Virus record (IMG/VR): IMGVR_UViG_3300006802_000094 | Location: 5,284-69,283 of that record | Strand: one strand, 5' to 3' | Origin: a virus | DNA length: 64,000 nt | Part shown: in pieces, positions 1 through 9,607 of the stretch | Position numbering within the stretch: the stretch's first letter is position 1 | How the letters are laid out: each line of letters opens with the position of its first letter | The notes under the pieces: model-generated | Told to the model about the DNA's origin: nothing | Database searches by the model: none | The model's input: only the letters and a program-made list of their open reading frames with translations | Made by a program: the position numbers and the translations under genes

Positions 1-639
1 CACAGCTTTTAAAGTTTCGGAACCAAACTTACCATCAACACCAAACCTTGGTAGTACATAATTAAGTGAAATTAAATCTTCTTGCATTTCCCTTACTTTG
101 GACCTCATGTCTTTCCTGCCTTTATCCATACCATCGTATAAAGATAATGTAGTTTCTCTATCAAATTTTTTACTTTCTAATATTCTGTGTAGTTGTTGTT
201 CTGTAATTACAATATTCATTTTGGGAAGTTTAATTTTTTTATTGGTATTTTCGTAAATGTTAATACCAGTGTACCCAAAACCTTTTACTAATTGTCCTGC
301 AATTGCATTAGCTTCATCCTCAATTACTCCACCAATATCTTGTGGTGGATTATTGATGTCTATCCTGCCATCTTCTAATTGTTTATGATGTACCAACTCA
401 TGAGCTATACTCCTTAAAATATCAGCTGTAGCTCTGTTTTTAGAATAAACATTTACAGTATTATCATTTAAATTATAAGAAGCTAAAGTCATTAATTTAC
501 TTCTATCAGTAACTAATTTTACAGTAACTGGTACTTTATAACCTAAGATATCTTGACAAAATTGTAAAAACTTATCTACAATTTCTTTTTGAGATAAACT
601 TCCACTTTGTTCTTTAATAACATTTTTACGTGTCTCCAT
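1..639 (-). CDS. Zn-metallopeptidase-like (HExxH) plus peptidoglycan-binding domain protein, runs off the left edge
   Basis: Not in the ORF track; read manually from ATG 639 (METRKNVIKEQ...LRSIAHELVHHKQ...EDEANAIAG...MNIVITEQQLHRILE...FGVDGKFGSETLKAV) with no stop. TATTTATA motif at 644-651 just upstream. Confidence 0.75.
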   Translation of the reverse strand, partial: METRKNVIKEQSGSLSQKEIVDKFLQFCQDILGYKVPVTVKLVTDRSKLMTLASYNLNDNTVNVYSKNRATADILRSIAHELVHHKQLEDGRIDINNPPQDIGGVIEDEANAIAGQLVKGFGYTGINIYENTNKKIKLPKMNIVITEQQLHRILESKKFDRETTLSLYDGMDKGRKDMRSKVREMQEDLISLNYVLPRFGVDGKFGSETLKAV

Positions 640-674
640 TAACTATAAATACTTCCTATTAATGGAATTTATGT

Positions 675-857
675 TTATTTGTTATTTAAATCATATGGGT
701 TAGGTGGTGGTGTTACCCCAGAAACCTCTTGTTCTTCCTGTACTTTTTTTAACATCTCCATGTACTGTTCAAATGCTTTTTTTTGTTGACTTTTAACACG
801 TAGAGTTTTTTGTTTTGCTTTCTGCTTTTGATTTTTTCTATGTTTACTTTTTGGCAT
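675..857 (-). CDS. small basic hypothetical protein
   Basis: ORF 675..890; likely start MPKSKHRKNQKQK at 857. Confidence 0.6.
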   Translation of the reverse strand: MPKSKHRKNQKQKAKQKTLRVKSQQKKAFEQYMEMLKKVQEEQEVSGVTPPPNPYDLNNK

Positions 858-898
858 ATTTTTTTTCTTAAATGTATTAATGAAACACAATCTTGTAA

Positions 899-934
899 AT
901 AAAAAAAAAGCCAGAGTTTTAAAACTCTGGCTTT
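899..934 (-). terminator. intrinsic terminator closing the non-coding operon
   Basis: Perfect inverted repeat AAAGCCAGAGTTTT/AAAACTCTGGCTTT followed by a long U tract on the minus strand. Confidence 0.85.
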
Positions 935-988
935 AGGGCTGAATTCGGTATTCAGACATCCACCACCCTTAAAAGGGAAATAAAAAAA

Positions 989-1211
989 TTACAGTAGGAT
1001 GTTGGGGATACCCTACATGATTATCTACTTCCCTTATAGTAGTCATTGTAACTTTGTGATTACAACATTAACTTTGTTAGCCATTTCTTATAGTTACCAA
1101 CAATTAGATTATGCCTCTAATTAATCCCTTACTTTATAGACTATAACACCTTTTAACAAAGTATCAAAATTTTAGTGTAACGTATTGTGTGACCAATAGC
1201 TTCATCTGTAA
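989..1211 (-). ncRNA. candidate ~220-nt structured ncRNA
   Basis: Nested helices: TTACAG 989-994/CTGTAA 1206-1211; ACTTTGTTA 1071-1079/TAACAAAGT 1154-1162; TTATAGT 1088-1094/ACTATAA 1140-1146; AATTAGA 1102-1108/TCTAATT 1116-1122; plus side hairpins. No ORF in the track. Confidence 0.55.
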
Positions 1212-1350
1212 AGATTATTATTAGTTAAACTTGGTTAGAGTTTTTCTAACAACACAGGTTATTTTAAAAAAGATTTTTTGATATTAGGTAACCTTAAACC
1301 TAAACGTAATCTCTCATTTTATAGTGTGAGTTTACGTAGTGAACACTTTG

Positions 1351-1422
1351 AGCGGATGGGTGAGACTTGAACTCCCAACTCCTAACTGGATGTTAGGTAT
1401 TTTACTATTAAACTACACCCGC
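1351..1422 (-). tRNA. tRNA-Gly(UCC), atypical (A33, bulged A in T-stem, no encoded CCA)
   Basis: Minus strand GCGGGUG...CCUAA-CAUCCAG-UUAGG...GGGAG-UUCAAGU-CUCACC-CAUCCGC-U; GCG acceptor start and U73 fit Gly. Confidence 0.75.
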
Positions 1423-1428
1423 TTGTAA

Positions 1429-1491
1429 AAAAGGAAGGTTATTTTTTAAAGTTACATAGTTCCAATATATATTGTGTAACTCCTTCCTTTT
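1429..1491 (-). ncRNA. stem-loop RNA related to the Ro-associated repeat at 11887-11945
   Basis: AAAAGGAAGG/CCTTCCTTTT closing stem with inner AGTTACA/TGTAACT stem; both arms align with the 11887-11945 element. Confidence 0.5.
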
Positions 1492-1499
1492 GTGTATAA

Positions 1500-1531
1500 C
1501 AAATATATAAAAAGTATTTTAAAAAGACAAC
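1500..1531 (-). promoter_or_regulatory. Bacteroidota-type sigmaA promoter driving the ncRNA/tRNA operon
   Basis: Minus strand GTTG-N20-TATATTTG. Confidence 0.6.
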
Positions 1532-1578
1532 TTATTTAAACATTTATTGTAAAGTTTTTTTTTAGTTGTAATTTACAA

Positions 1579-4500
1579 CTATCTATTCGAAGAATTAATT
1601 TGCCAAAGTTTTACTACTCTTTCGGCTTCTGAAAGTAAATTTCTTTTTTTATCTAAAAAAGAATTATTATTTAGTTTTGTATTAGTCTCATTATATATAA
1701 TATCTCTAACTTTATTAGAATTTTCATTTATACTATCTAAGTTAGATGATGTAACAACACTAAATTTATCAACCCAATCTTTTCCACTTATCAAAAAGTG
1801 TGAAAAATTTTCTCTATTAATTTTTTTAATATTATTTAATTTATCTAGGTACTCAAAAATAAATTTTCTATTTTCAACAACATCACCATTCACTTTTTCG
1901 ATTTCATTTTCTTTTAATTTTTCTATGGATTCTATAAAATATTTTTTTAAAATAAAATCTTTTTGTATATCAACAATTTCTTCTGAAACTGTATTCATGT
2001 TTATATCATTATCATACATAAAATCAGTATCAGATTCGTTAATAGTTTCTTTGTCTTTTTCATTAGTTAACTTTTGGTAATACTCATCTCCCATCCTATC
2101 TTTAAACCATGGATTAATATCATAATCTGGGTAATAATAGGAATAGTCATTAAGTTCTAGACAATCCCCCTTTTTACCATAACAATCATCAAAGGAATAT
2201 TCTTCCTCCATAAAAATATTAAATATATTATTTAAATTTTCTGTATCAAAATCATAAAGTATGTCTTCTAGATGATGGTCAGCGTAATCTGGATGATATT
2301 CGAATCGATTTATATTATCCCAAGCATCATCATCTTGTACCCAATTTTTTAAATCATCTTCTATTACATAATATAGTTTACCATTACGATATTCTAGTTT
2401 ACCATCATAATCAAAGTGTTCTTCTATATTATTTTTAATATCTTTTGTAATATCACTATAAAACTTATCGTGTGCCGCATCTGAATTTGCCCACCTAATA
2501 TAATGTTTTATGTTATCAATATCTTCTTCATATTTATAAATTAATTCTTCTTCTTCCTCATCTAATGGTTTATTATATAATAATCTTTCCGCTGTTTCTT
2601 TGTCGACATCTAAAACTTTGATTATTAAATCCCAACTAGCATCATCTAAGTCATCTAAAAAATTACTATGTAATTCATCGAATCCATATAAATCATCACC
2701 AAAAAAATCCTCGCTACATAAATATTTATCTACCAATTGCCTATCATCTTTTACAAATAATTTTTGTAAATCGTCACAATCAAAAAACTTAGTTACTGGA
2801 AGTGGTTTTTTTGTATTCTGTAAATAACGTACCAATAATGGTATAAAATAACTTATGTGTTTTGGAGCACCAACTAACTTTAACATATTACGATTTATAT
2901 TGTTTTTAGGGTCTTTATCCCAATATTCAAATATTTTTTTTACTAAACTTTCTGGAAATGTAGTGGTTATTACATCTTTTTCTTCATCAGAAGTCCCAGT
3001 TGGGAAATTCCATACTCCCCACGGATATAACGATAATTGTTCCTCATTAAGTTTTCTTCTAATTGTAGTAACCGCTTCTGGATATTTAGATTTCACAATT
3101 TCACTATTTTTATCGTCATAATCAACTTGGTCTAAAACATGTCTCATAGCATTTAAAGCTGACATTCTTTTATCATTTGAATCTAAAATTACCCATGGTG
3201 CACCACTGTGTGACGTATCTTTAAACACTCTTTCTTTATAGTCTGTATATTCATCCCATTTTTCTCTAGAAGCTTCATCGTTGGGTGAGTATTTCCAGTA
3301 TTTTAGTGGTGATTGTTGTCTAATAGTAAATCTTTGTTCTTGTTTTCCTTGTGTGATTGATAACCAAAATTTAATCAATATTACCCCTTTACCTAATAAA
3401 CTTTTTTCAAAGGGAACAACGTCTCTCATAAATTCTTCATATTCTTCTTTAGAAGAATATCCCATAACTGGTTCTACTATACCTCTGTTATACCAACTTC
3501 TATCAAAAAAAGTTATTTTACCAGGTTCTATATATTTTTCATATCTCTGAAACCAATTTTTCTTTTCTTCGTCTGTTGGGATTCCTAATGCAATAACATT
3601 AAAATACTTTGGGTCTAAATATTCTGTCATCTTTCCAATAGTGGAACCTTTTCCAGCTGTATCTCTTCCTTCAAAAATTATAACTAAAGGTATATTATTC
3701 TTTTTAACCCATTCTTGTAATTTTAATAACTCTATCTGTAATAACTCTTTTTCTGTTTTAAATATTTTCCTAGGTATTTTAGATTTTTCTTCTTCTACCT
3801 CATCATAATAATCAACACCCTGTGGTGTTTCCCCCTGTAATAATTTTTTTTCGTATTTAGCTCTTTTAGGTAATGAAGTGTTTAAACGACTAAGGTAATC
3901 TATAACTATTTCTGTTTTATCACCACTTTTTAAAAGTTTATTTTCCAAACCTCTCAACATAGTGGGGAAATCAATTAAATCTATGTAATCAGAATCTTTT
4001 AGTTGGTCAACCAATTTAGATACTTCTTCATCATATATCTCATTTTCATCTAATGTATCTTGTAATTGTTGTAAATATTGGTTTAGTTCATCTGGTGTAT
4101 CACTTTTTTGTTCTGGTTTTTTAAATAAATTACTTAAAATATCAAAAAAACCTTCATTAATTATTTTTTGATGTTCATTAAGTTTTTTATTTTTGTCTGG
4201 AAACATTTGATTTATATCAAATATAAGGTCATTTGGGTGGTATTCATCCACATAAACATCATTATAAGAATCAAACTCATATTTTTTATCATATGCATAT
4301 TCAAAATCTCTGTCTGATTCACCTACCTCTTCACTATGTATAATTTCAGCCAAACCGTATTCAGGTCCTTCCAAACACATAATATAATGATGCAAATTGT
4401 ATTCTTCAACACAACCAAGTTCAATTGGATTTGTAGTACTATATATTGTTTCTTCTATTATAGGGTGGTAATATTGTTCTAATTCAAGTTCTTCCCATTC

Positions 4501-4929
4501 ATTACATTCACAATCTCCCATACCTCCACCAAAAACATCTTCAAGTTCATCTTCTGAACAAGCTCTATATTCATCACCGTGTTCATCCCAAATAATACCA
4601 TCTACACACGCACAAGAATCACCAGATTCCTCACCCACACCATCTACACAATCATCATAAAACCATTCACTTTCTATGTCACCATAAACACGAACTCTAC
4701 TAAGATATACTTTTGGTAAAACCCATTCTTCAACATTATCACGGTTACCAATTAAATAGTTGTATTCATATATGAAATTCATTTCACTACTTAAATAAGA
4801 AGGTAGTTTAAAATATCTCATTAATGTTTCTCCAAATTTATTAATAGATGGTTGTTTAATTAATGCAAGAGTAGTTTGCATAATTCTTTTAGCGTTAGTA
4901 GTTAAATTTAATTTTTGAGGTGACATCAT
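1579..4929 (-). CDS. ppk2: multi-domain protein with central polyphosphate kinase 2 (PPK2) domain
   Basis: PPK2 motifs FEGRDTAGKG, FDRSWYNRGIVEPVMG, KFWLSIT, WKYSPND, APWVILDSNDKR (about 3060-3780), flanked by unrelated acidic domains. Confidence 0.9.
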   Translation of the reverse strand: MMSPQKLNLTTNAKRIMQTTLALIKQPSINKFGETLMRYFKLPSYLSSEMNFIYEYNYLIGNRDNVEEWVLPKVYLSRVRVYGDIESEWFYDDCVDGVGEESGDSCACVDGIIWDEHGDEYRACSEDELEDVFGGGMGDCECNEWEELELEQYYHPIIEETIYSTTNPIELGCVEEYNLHHYIMCLEGPEYGLAEIIHSEEVGESDRDFEYAYDKKYEFDSYNDVYVDEYHPNDLIFDINQMFPDKNKKLNEHQKIINEGFFDILSNLFKKPEQKSDTPDELNQYLQQLQDTLDENEIYDEEVSKLVDQLKDSDYIDLIDFPTMLRGLENKLLKSGDKTEIVIDYLSRLNTSLPKRAKYEKKLLQGETPQGVDYYDEVEEEKSKIPRKIFKTEKELLQIELLKLQEWVKKNNIPLVIIFEGRDTAGKGSTIGKMTEYLDPKYFNVIALGIPTDEEKKNWFQRYEKYIEPGKITFFDRSWYNRGIVEPVMGYSSKEEYEEFMRDVVPFEKSLLGKGVILIKFWLSITQGKQEQRFTIRQQSPLKYWKYSPNDEASREKWDEYTDYKERVFKDTSHSGAPWVILDSNDKRMSALNAMRHVLDQVDYDDKNSEIVKSKYPEAVTTIRRKLNEEQLSLYPWGVWNFPTGTSDEEKDVITTTFPESLVKKIFEYWDKDPKNNINRNMLKLVGAPKHISYFIPLLVRYLQNTKKPLPVTKFFDCDDLQKLFVKDDRQLVDKYLCSEDFFGDDLYGFDELHSNFLDDLDDASWDLIIKVLDVDKETAERLLYNKPLDEEEEELIYKYEEDIDNIKHYIRWANSDAAHDKFYSDITKDIKNNIEEHFDYDGKLEYRNGKLYYVIEDDLKNWVQDDDAWDNINRFEYHPDYADHHLEDILYDFDTENLNNIFNIFMEEEYSFDDCYGKKGDCLELNDYSYYYPDYDINPWFKDRMGDEYYQKLTNEKDKETINESDTDFMYDNDINMNTVSEEIVDIQKDFILKKYFIESIEKLKENEIEKVNGDVVENRKFIFEYLDKLNNIKKINRENFSHFLISGKDWVDKFSVVTSSNLDSINENSNKVRDIIYNETNTKLNNNSFLDKKRNLLSEAERVVKLWQINSSNR

Positions 4930-4945
4930 AAATAAATATATGATA

Positions 4946-5167
4946 CTATAGAAGATTCAACTTGTGAAATTTGTTAATTAGTTTGTGTTTTTCTTTTTTG
5001 TCTTCTGTAGTAGCTACTTTTTGTTCAAATAATTTCCATAATACTTCTTTTTGTAGTTTTGGTTCTACAATACCAAATAATTTAAGGTCATTTTTATTTT
5101 TTATTTGGTTATTTAGTATGGATTCAAGTATTTTATTTAATAGCTGTTCGTAATTAGTTTCCTTCAT
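4946..5167 (-). CDS. hypothetical protein
   Basis: ORF in a tight minus-strand operon. Confidence 0.65.
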   Translation of the reverse strand: MKETNYEQLLNKILESILNNQIKNKNDLKLFGIVEPKLQKEVLWKLFEQKVATTEDKKEKHKLINKFHKLNLL

Positions 5168-5178
5168 AATCTTAAAAA

Positions 5179-5700
5179 CTAAACATTTGTGGGTTTTTCG
5201 GTGGAATTATATAAATCTTTGGTTTGATTTCTTTTATTCTGTATTTCTTCGGCTAGTTTTTTATTTCTATTCACCACTTCTTTTCTTCTTCTTTCTAATT
5301 CTTCTAAGTGATTTTTTTTATCTTCTTCTTCTTGTAACTTTTTACTTATAACATCTATTCTATCTAAAGCCATTTTAGTCATATACATATTGTTTTTAAG
5401 TAATTCTACAATGTCTTCCATAGTTGGTTCCCTATGTGTAACTGTTTGATAATATAGTAAAGACTGAATAGCTTCTTGTGGGTTACTAAAATCTCTATTA
5501 GGTATTAAATATTCTTTACCTATTACAAAGGTAGGAAACACAGCACTCCTAGTGAGAGATTTAACATATTCCCATTCTTTTTTAAACTCTTTAAAATTTC
5601 TTTCAGTATACTCAACATTAGCTGCTTCTAATTCTTGTTTCATTTTTGCACAATACCCACAAGTAGGCATTGTATACATTATAATTTCTAATTTTTCCAT
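5179..5700 (-). CDS. glutaredoxin/NrdH-like protein with C-terminal coiled coil
   Basis: YTMPTCGYCAKMK and AVFPTFVI motifs. Confidence 0.8.
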   Translation of the reverse strand: MEKLEIIMYTMPTCGYCAKMKQELEAANVEYTERNFKEFKKEWEYVKSLTRSAVFPTFVIGKEYLIPNRDFSNPQEAIQSLLYYQTVTHREPTMEDIVELLKNNMYMTKMALDRIDVISKKLQEEEDKKNHLEELERRRKEVVNRNKKLAEEIQNKRNQTKDLYNSTEKPTNV

Positions 5701-5706
5701 AATTTA

Positions 5707-6120
5707 TTATTTTACAATACTAAATTTATCACCTTGTTTAATTTTGTCAAGTATTTCTAGACCACTTACAACATTGCCGAAACATGTGTGGTTACCGTCT
5801 AAATGTTCTGTATTATGTCTATTTAAACATATAAAAAACTGTGAACCACCCGTGTCCCTTCCTCTATGTGCCATAGACAACACACCTTTCTCATGATATT
5901 GTTTTTCATTATTTACCTCACATTTAATAGTGTAACCAGGTCCACCAGTACCGTCTCCATTAGGACAACCACCTTGTACTACAAAACCTGGAATTACTCT
6001 GTGGAATGTAAGATTTTGATAAAATCCGTCATTTACTAAATTTTCAAAATTTTTTTTAGTTAATGGTGTTTCATCATATAATGAAATAACCATGTCACCG
6101 TAATTTGTAATTATTTTCAT
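5707..6120 (-). CDS. cyclophilin-type peptidyl-prolyl isomerase
   Basis: [34 protein letters not shown]. Confidence 0.95.
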   Translation of the reverse strand: MKIITNYGDMVISLYDETPLTKKNFENLVNDGFYQNLTFHRVIPGFVVQGGCPNGDGTGGPGYTIKCEVNNEKQYHEKGVLSMAHRGRDTGGSQFFICLNRHNTEHLDGNHTCFGNVVSGLEILDKIKQGDKFSIVK

Positions 6121-6584
6121 TTTTTAATTTTATTAATTTGTTTTAAAACATTATTACTATTTTCATTTATCTTTTTACTTATCATAGCACCTAAATTTCT
6201 TAAAACCATAGTAGATATTCTATACGCAACGTAGGTAACAGAAATTGTTATGAAAACAACAATTAAATTAAGAATTAAAGGTAACCACAAATTCATAAGA
6301 TAAGTTTTAATATCTGTATAGGGCACGTATATTAATTGTTGGTTACTATATTCTATAAATTTTTGAACGTCACCATCAAATTGTTCTATTTGTTGTTTTG
6401 TTAACTTGTCACAATTTATACAATGTCCTGTGTCATAAACAGAGTACATAGTTCCCAAAGCTTGAATAAATAAAAATGATATTATTATCTTCCATTTATA
6501 TGTCTTTAAAAAAGACATTATTTTTTCTGTGGTATCGAATTTCTCAACAATACCATCTAAAAATTTTATATATTTTTTGAACAT
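6117..6584 (-). CDS. membrane protein (two TM segments, CxxC)
   Basis: Two hydrophobic stretches; overlaps the next gene by 4 nt. Confidence 0.6.
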   Translation of the reverse strand: MFKKYIKFLDGIVEKFDTTEKIMSFLKTYKWKIIISFLFIQALGTMYSVYDTGHCINCDKLTKQQIEQFDGDVQKFIEYSNQQLIYVPYTDIKTYLMNLWLPLILNLIVVFITISVTYVAYRISTMVLRNLGAMISKKINENSNNVLKQINKIKK

Positions 6585-6594
6585 AATATAATTT

Positions 6595-7197
6595 TTATTC
6601 TAGTATTTTATCTACCAATCCGTATTCTAAACATTTTTTAGCGTCCCACCATAAATCATGCTTTAATATTTCATCCAATTCTTTTTGTGGTACTTTAGTA
6701 TACTCTTGATATAAATTTTTTATCATATCCATCAATTTAGTATTATTTTCCATATCGTCAAGTAAATCGGAATATTTTCCCCAACTAGTAGCACTTAATT
6801 GATGGATTAACATATAAGCGTGTTTGTGAATATATCTTTCTTTACCAACTACACTAATCATTGTGCCAGCACTAGCAGCACACCCTTCTATAATTGTAAT
6901 TACATCACATTTAGTATTTCTAATTGTATCTAAAGTTGATAAACCAGCAAAAATACTACCTCCGTAAGAATTGATGTGTAAATAAATTTTTGGTAACTCT
7001 ACTCCTAATTTTAAACTACTAATTTGTAATTCTTTATCTAATTCATTTATTTGTTTATTCAACTCTAACATCTTACTCCTTTCTACCTCAGAATAAAAAT
7101 AAATGTGATTGTTTACCGTTGTAATTTCGTTATTACTATCACTAGATGAATTTGATTTATCATCTTGTTTTACACCCCAAATTGGTTCTTTATTCAT
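6595..7197 (-). CDS. ClpP-like protease (divergent, phage type)
   Basis: HINSYGGS, GCAASAGT (Ser), IHQ (His), HDLWW (Asp). Confidence 0.85.
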   Translation of the reverse strand: MNKEPIWGVKQDDKSNSSSDSNNEITTVNNHIYFYSEVERSKMLELNKQINELDKELQISSLKLGVELPKIYLHINSYGGSIFAGLSTLDTIRNTKCDVITIIEGCAASAGTMISVVGKERYIHKHAYMLIHQLSATSWGKYSDLLDDMENNTKLMDMIKNLYQEYTKVPQKELDEILKHDLWWDAKKCLEYGLVDKILE

Positions 7198-7198
7198 T

Positions 7199-7867
7199 TT
7201 AATTTCTTTTTTGTATTATCTCATCAATTATTCCATATTCTAAAGCTTGGTCTGCATCTAACCATAAATCTCTTTGTGCATCCTTTTCAACTCTTTTGGT
7301 TGTTTTACCACAAGCTTTCGCCAATATATCAAATAAAATTTTATTGGTTTTTTCCCATTCATCCATAGTAATTCGAGCGTCTTGGATGTTACCAACAGCA
7401 CCACCACTAGATTGATGCAACATTGTTTTACTATATCTCAAAGAGTTTCTTTTACCTTTTGTCCCTACTGCTAATAATACTGAACCCATAGAAGCTGCCA
7501 TACCAGTATTTAATGTCCTAATATCACATTTAACATATTCCATAACATCAACAATCCCCAAACCAGCTTTTACCGAACCACCAGGTGAATCTATATGTAA
7601 TGTAATATCATCGTCATTAATCGTATCTAAATACATTATTTGTGCTTGAAGAATTTGTGCAGTTATATCCATTATTGGTCCAGATAACCATATTATTCTT
7701 TCCATCATAAGTCTAGAAAATATATCAATTTGTGTGGCTCTCATTTCTCTTTCCTCTAAAATATAGGGTGTAAGTGAATTTTGATAGTCCCATAAAGTGG
7801 TAGACGAAATTGGGTTCTTCATACTTCTACTATATAAACTAAAATCTTTGATTAGGTCATTTTTCAT
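7199..7867 (-). CDS. clpP: ATP-dependent Clp protease proteolytic subunit
   Basis: DIFSRLMMERII, DSPGGSV, GMAASMGS, LHQ, RDLWL; likely start MKNDLIKDF at 7867. Confidence 0.95.
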   Translation of the reverse strand: MKNDLIKDFSLYSRSMKNPISSTTLWDYQNSLTPYILEEREMRATQIDIFSRLMMERIIWLSGPIMDITAQILQAQIMYLDTINDDDITLHIDSPGGSVKAGLGIVDVMEYVKCDIRTLNTGMAASMGSVLLAVGTKGKRNSLRYSKTMLHQSSGGAVGNIQDARITMDEWEKTNKILFDILAKACGKTTKRVEKDAQRDLWLDADQALEYGIIDEIIQKRN

Positions 7868-7911
7868 ATTTAAATTATTATTTTTTTGTTTTACTGTCAA
7901 TTTTATAATCT

Positions 7912-8490
7912 TTAACCTTGATAACTATCAATAGGTTCACCGTCAGAATAAACTAAATCACGACATTCACGTAACATTTCTTGTTGACGTTCATAAATTG
8001 ACTCCATAAACTCCATTTGAACTCTGTCATAATCTTCATCATCCCAATCCATATCTTCTGTAGGGTTATCCATATCATCTTCTTCAACCCAAATACAAGG
8101 TGTTCCGTCCAAATCTTTTTTGATTACGAGAGCACCAATAGGACTATACCCTTCATCCTCATACTGAACTTCAATAGAAACTTCAGGGTCCTTATCCACT
8201 AACATATTATAAAGGTGTATGAAGAATTTAATAGGTGGATACCAAGCTGAAGTTAATGTAAAATTACCATAATCAATAATATCATCAAGATATGTCCACT
8301 TAGAACCAACATTATCTAACGACCATGAATTCATAACACCACCGCTTTCCGCAACTTCTACATCATTGTAAAAGGTTTGTGCGAATGTGGTAACTTCACC
8401 ATCGTTCGCTCTTTCTAATAACTCATCAAGGTATTTGATGGTTTCTTCATTTGCATGGACTTCAACCATGCTCTTTAAGTGATTTGCCAT
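7912..8490 (-). CDS. DUF1281/YubB ferredoxin-like domain protein
   Basis: MANH start; W..DNVGSKW, TSAWYPP and YEDEG motifs. Confidence 0.6.
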   Translation of the reverse strand: MANHLKSMVEVHANEETIKYLDELLERANDGEVTTFAQTFYNDVEVAESGGVMNSWSLDNVGSKWTYLDDIIDYGNFTLTSAWYPPIKFFIHLYNMLVDKDPEVSIEVQYEDEGYSPIGALVIKKDLDGTPCIWVEEDDMDNPTEDMDWDDEDYDRVQMEFMESIYERQQEMLRECRDLVYSDGEPIDSYQG

Positions 8491-8509
8491 TTTTTAATTT
8501 TTTAATTTT

Positions 8510-8893
8510 TTATTTATTTTCTGTTTTCCATTCTTCACCAAAATCACCAATTTTTGCTCTATGTTCATCGGTTGGGTCATATTTTCTAGTGACGTAATAA
8601 ACTAATATTGTTCCTGGTTCTAAAGCTTTATACCCATGATAAACCCCTGGTGGAATTTCTAGTACTTGTGGGTTTTTGTCTGATAGATACTTGAATTCAC
8701 AACCATCTTCTTCAGTTGCCCAACCAACTTTTAAACTACCTTTTAAACAAATCCAATAATCAGTTTGTTTCTCATGTTTATGCCAAGCTACTATGTGTTC
8801 TGTTGAATTGATATAACTAACATTTATTTGTCCTTCTTTGAGTGGGAATACATCCAGTAATCTTTGTGCTCTGTCATCTTCATGGTAATTCAT
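8510..8893 (-). CDS. RmlC-like cupin (sugar epimerase family)
   Basis: AWHKHEKQTDYW and LEIPPGVYHGYKAL. Confidence 0.8.
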   Translation of the reverse strand: MNYHEDDRAQRLLDVFPLKEGQINVSYINSTEHIVAWHKHEKQTDYWICLKGSLKVGWATEEDGCEFKYLSDKNPQVLEIPPGVYHGYKALEPGTILVYYVTRKYDPTDEHRAKIGDFGEEWKTENK

Positions 8894-8939
8894 GTTTTAA
8901 TTATACTAAATAAAAATATTTAAGAAAAGTCTAGAGCAT

Positions 8940-8964
8940 AAAAAAATGGGACCTATGTCCCATT
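8940..8964 (-). terminator. intrinsic terminator
   Basis: AATGGGAC/GTCCCATT stem with U tract on the minus strand. Confidence 0.7.
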
Positions 8965-8968
8965 ATTT

Positions 8969-9538
8969 TTAACACTCCAAAATATACTTTAAACTACCCA
9001 TAGCGTTTTTGATGTGTGATTTTGGAATCCAGAATTCTAACTCACCAATCTCATCGATTTTCTCCTTTAAATTCTTATTGAATTCTTTTATCTCAGATTG
9101 GGTAGTTGGTCTTTTTAATCCCATGTATTTTGCACATGTAGGACCGATTCCAGAAGCTTTTGATACCCAATCAGTCAAATCTCTACCACAACAACGACAA
9201 CATCCAACATCAGTAAAAGTCATTTTTCCTTTGACTCTAACTGCTTTATTTGTCAACGCATTTATTTCTGAAACAGTTACTGTGATAGGTGTAATTTTAC
9301 CCAAATTGTATTCTTCTGAAATTTCTCTAGCAACATATCTTTTTAAAACCAAGTCTACATTTATTTTAATTGGTTTGATACTGCCTTTAGGTTTTTTTGG
9401 TGCGAAGAATTTTTTAACCGCCTCCATTTGTTTTGGGGTTAACTTACCCCAACGATTATATCCATTAAGTACGGATTTAACAAATCCATTATTACCTTCG
9501 TAGTTTATTAGTTTTTGTATTGTGTCTTGGTCAGTCAT
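8969..9538 (-). CDS. DUF6011-like zinc-finger protein
   Basis: CRCCGRDLTD...S...GIGPTCAK; has its own Bacteroidota promoter and terminator. Confidence 0.7.
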   Translation of the reverse strand: MTDQDTIQKLINYEGNNGFVKSVLNGYNRWGKLTPKQMEAVKKFFAPKKPKGSIKPIKINVDLVLKRYVAREISEEYNLGKITPITVTVSEINALTNKAVRVKGKMTFTDVGCCRCCGRDLTDWVSKASGIGPTCAKYMGLKRPTTQSEIKEFNKNLKEKIDEIGELEFWIPKSHIKNAMGSLKYILEC

Positions 9539-9575
9539 ACTTTATTTTTTTTAAGTGGTTATCAATTCAACAATA

Positions 9576-9606
9576 CAAAGATAATTAAATTATATTAAAC
9601 TACAAA
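9576..9606 (-). promoter_or_regulatory. Bacteroidota-type promoter
   Basis: TTTG-N19-TATCTTTG. Confidence 0.75.
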
Positions 9607-9607
9607 C

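Noticed and set aside
989-1345. tmRNA or RNase P RNA
   Set aside because: I found no Ala-like acceptor/T-arm ends or GAGGAAAGUCC-type P4 signature by eye; left as an unclassified ncRNA.
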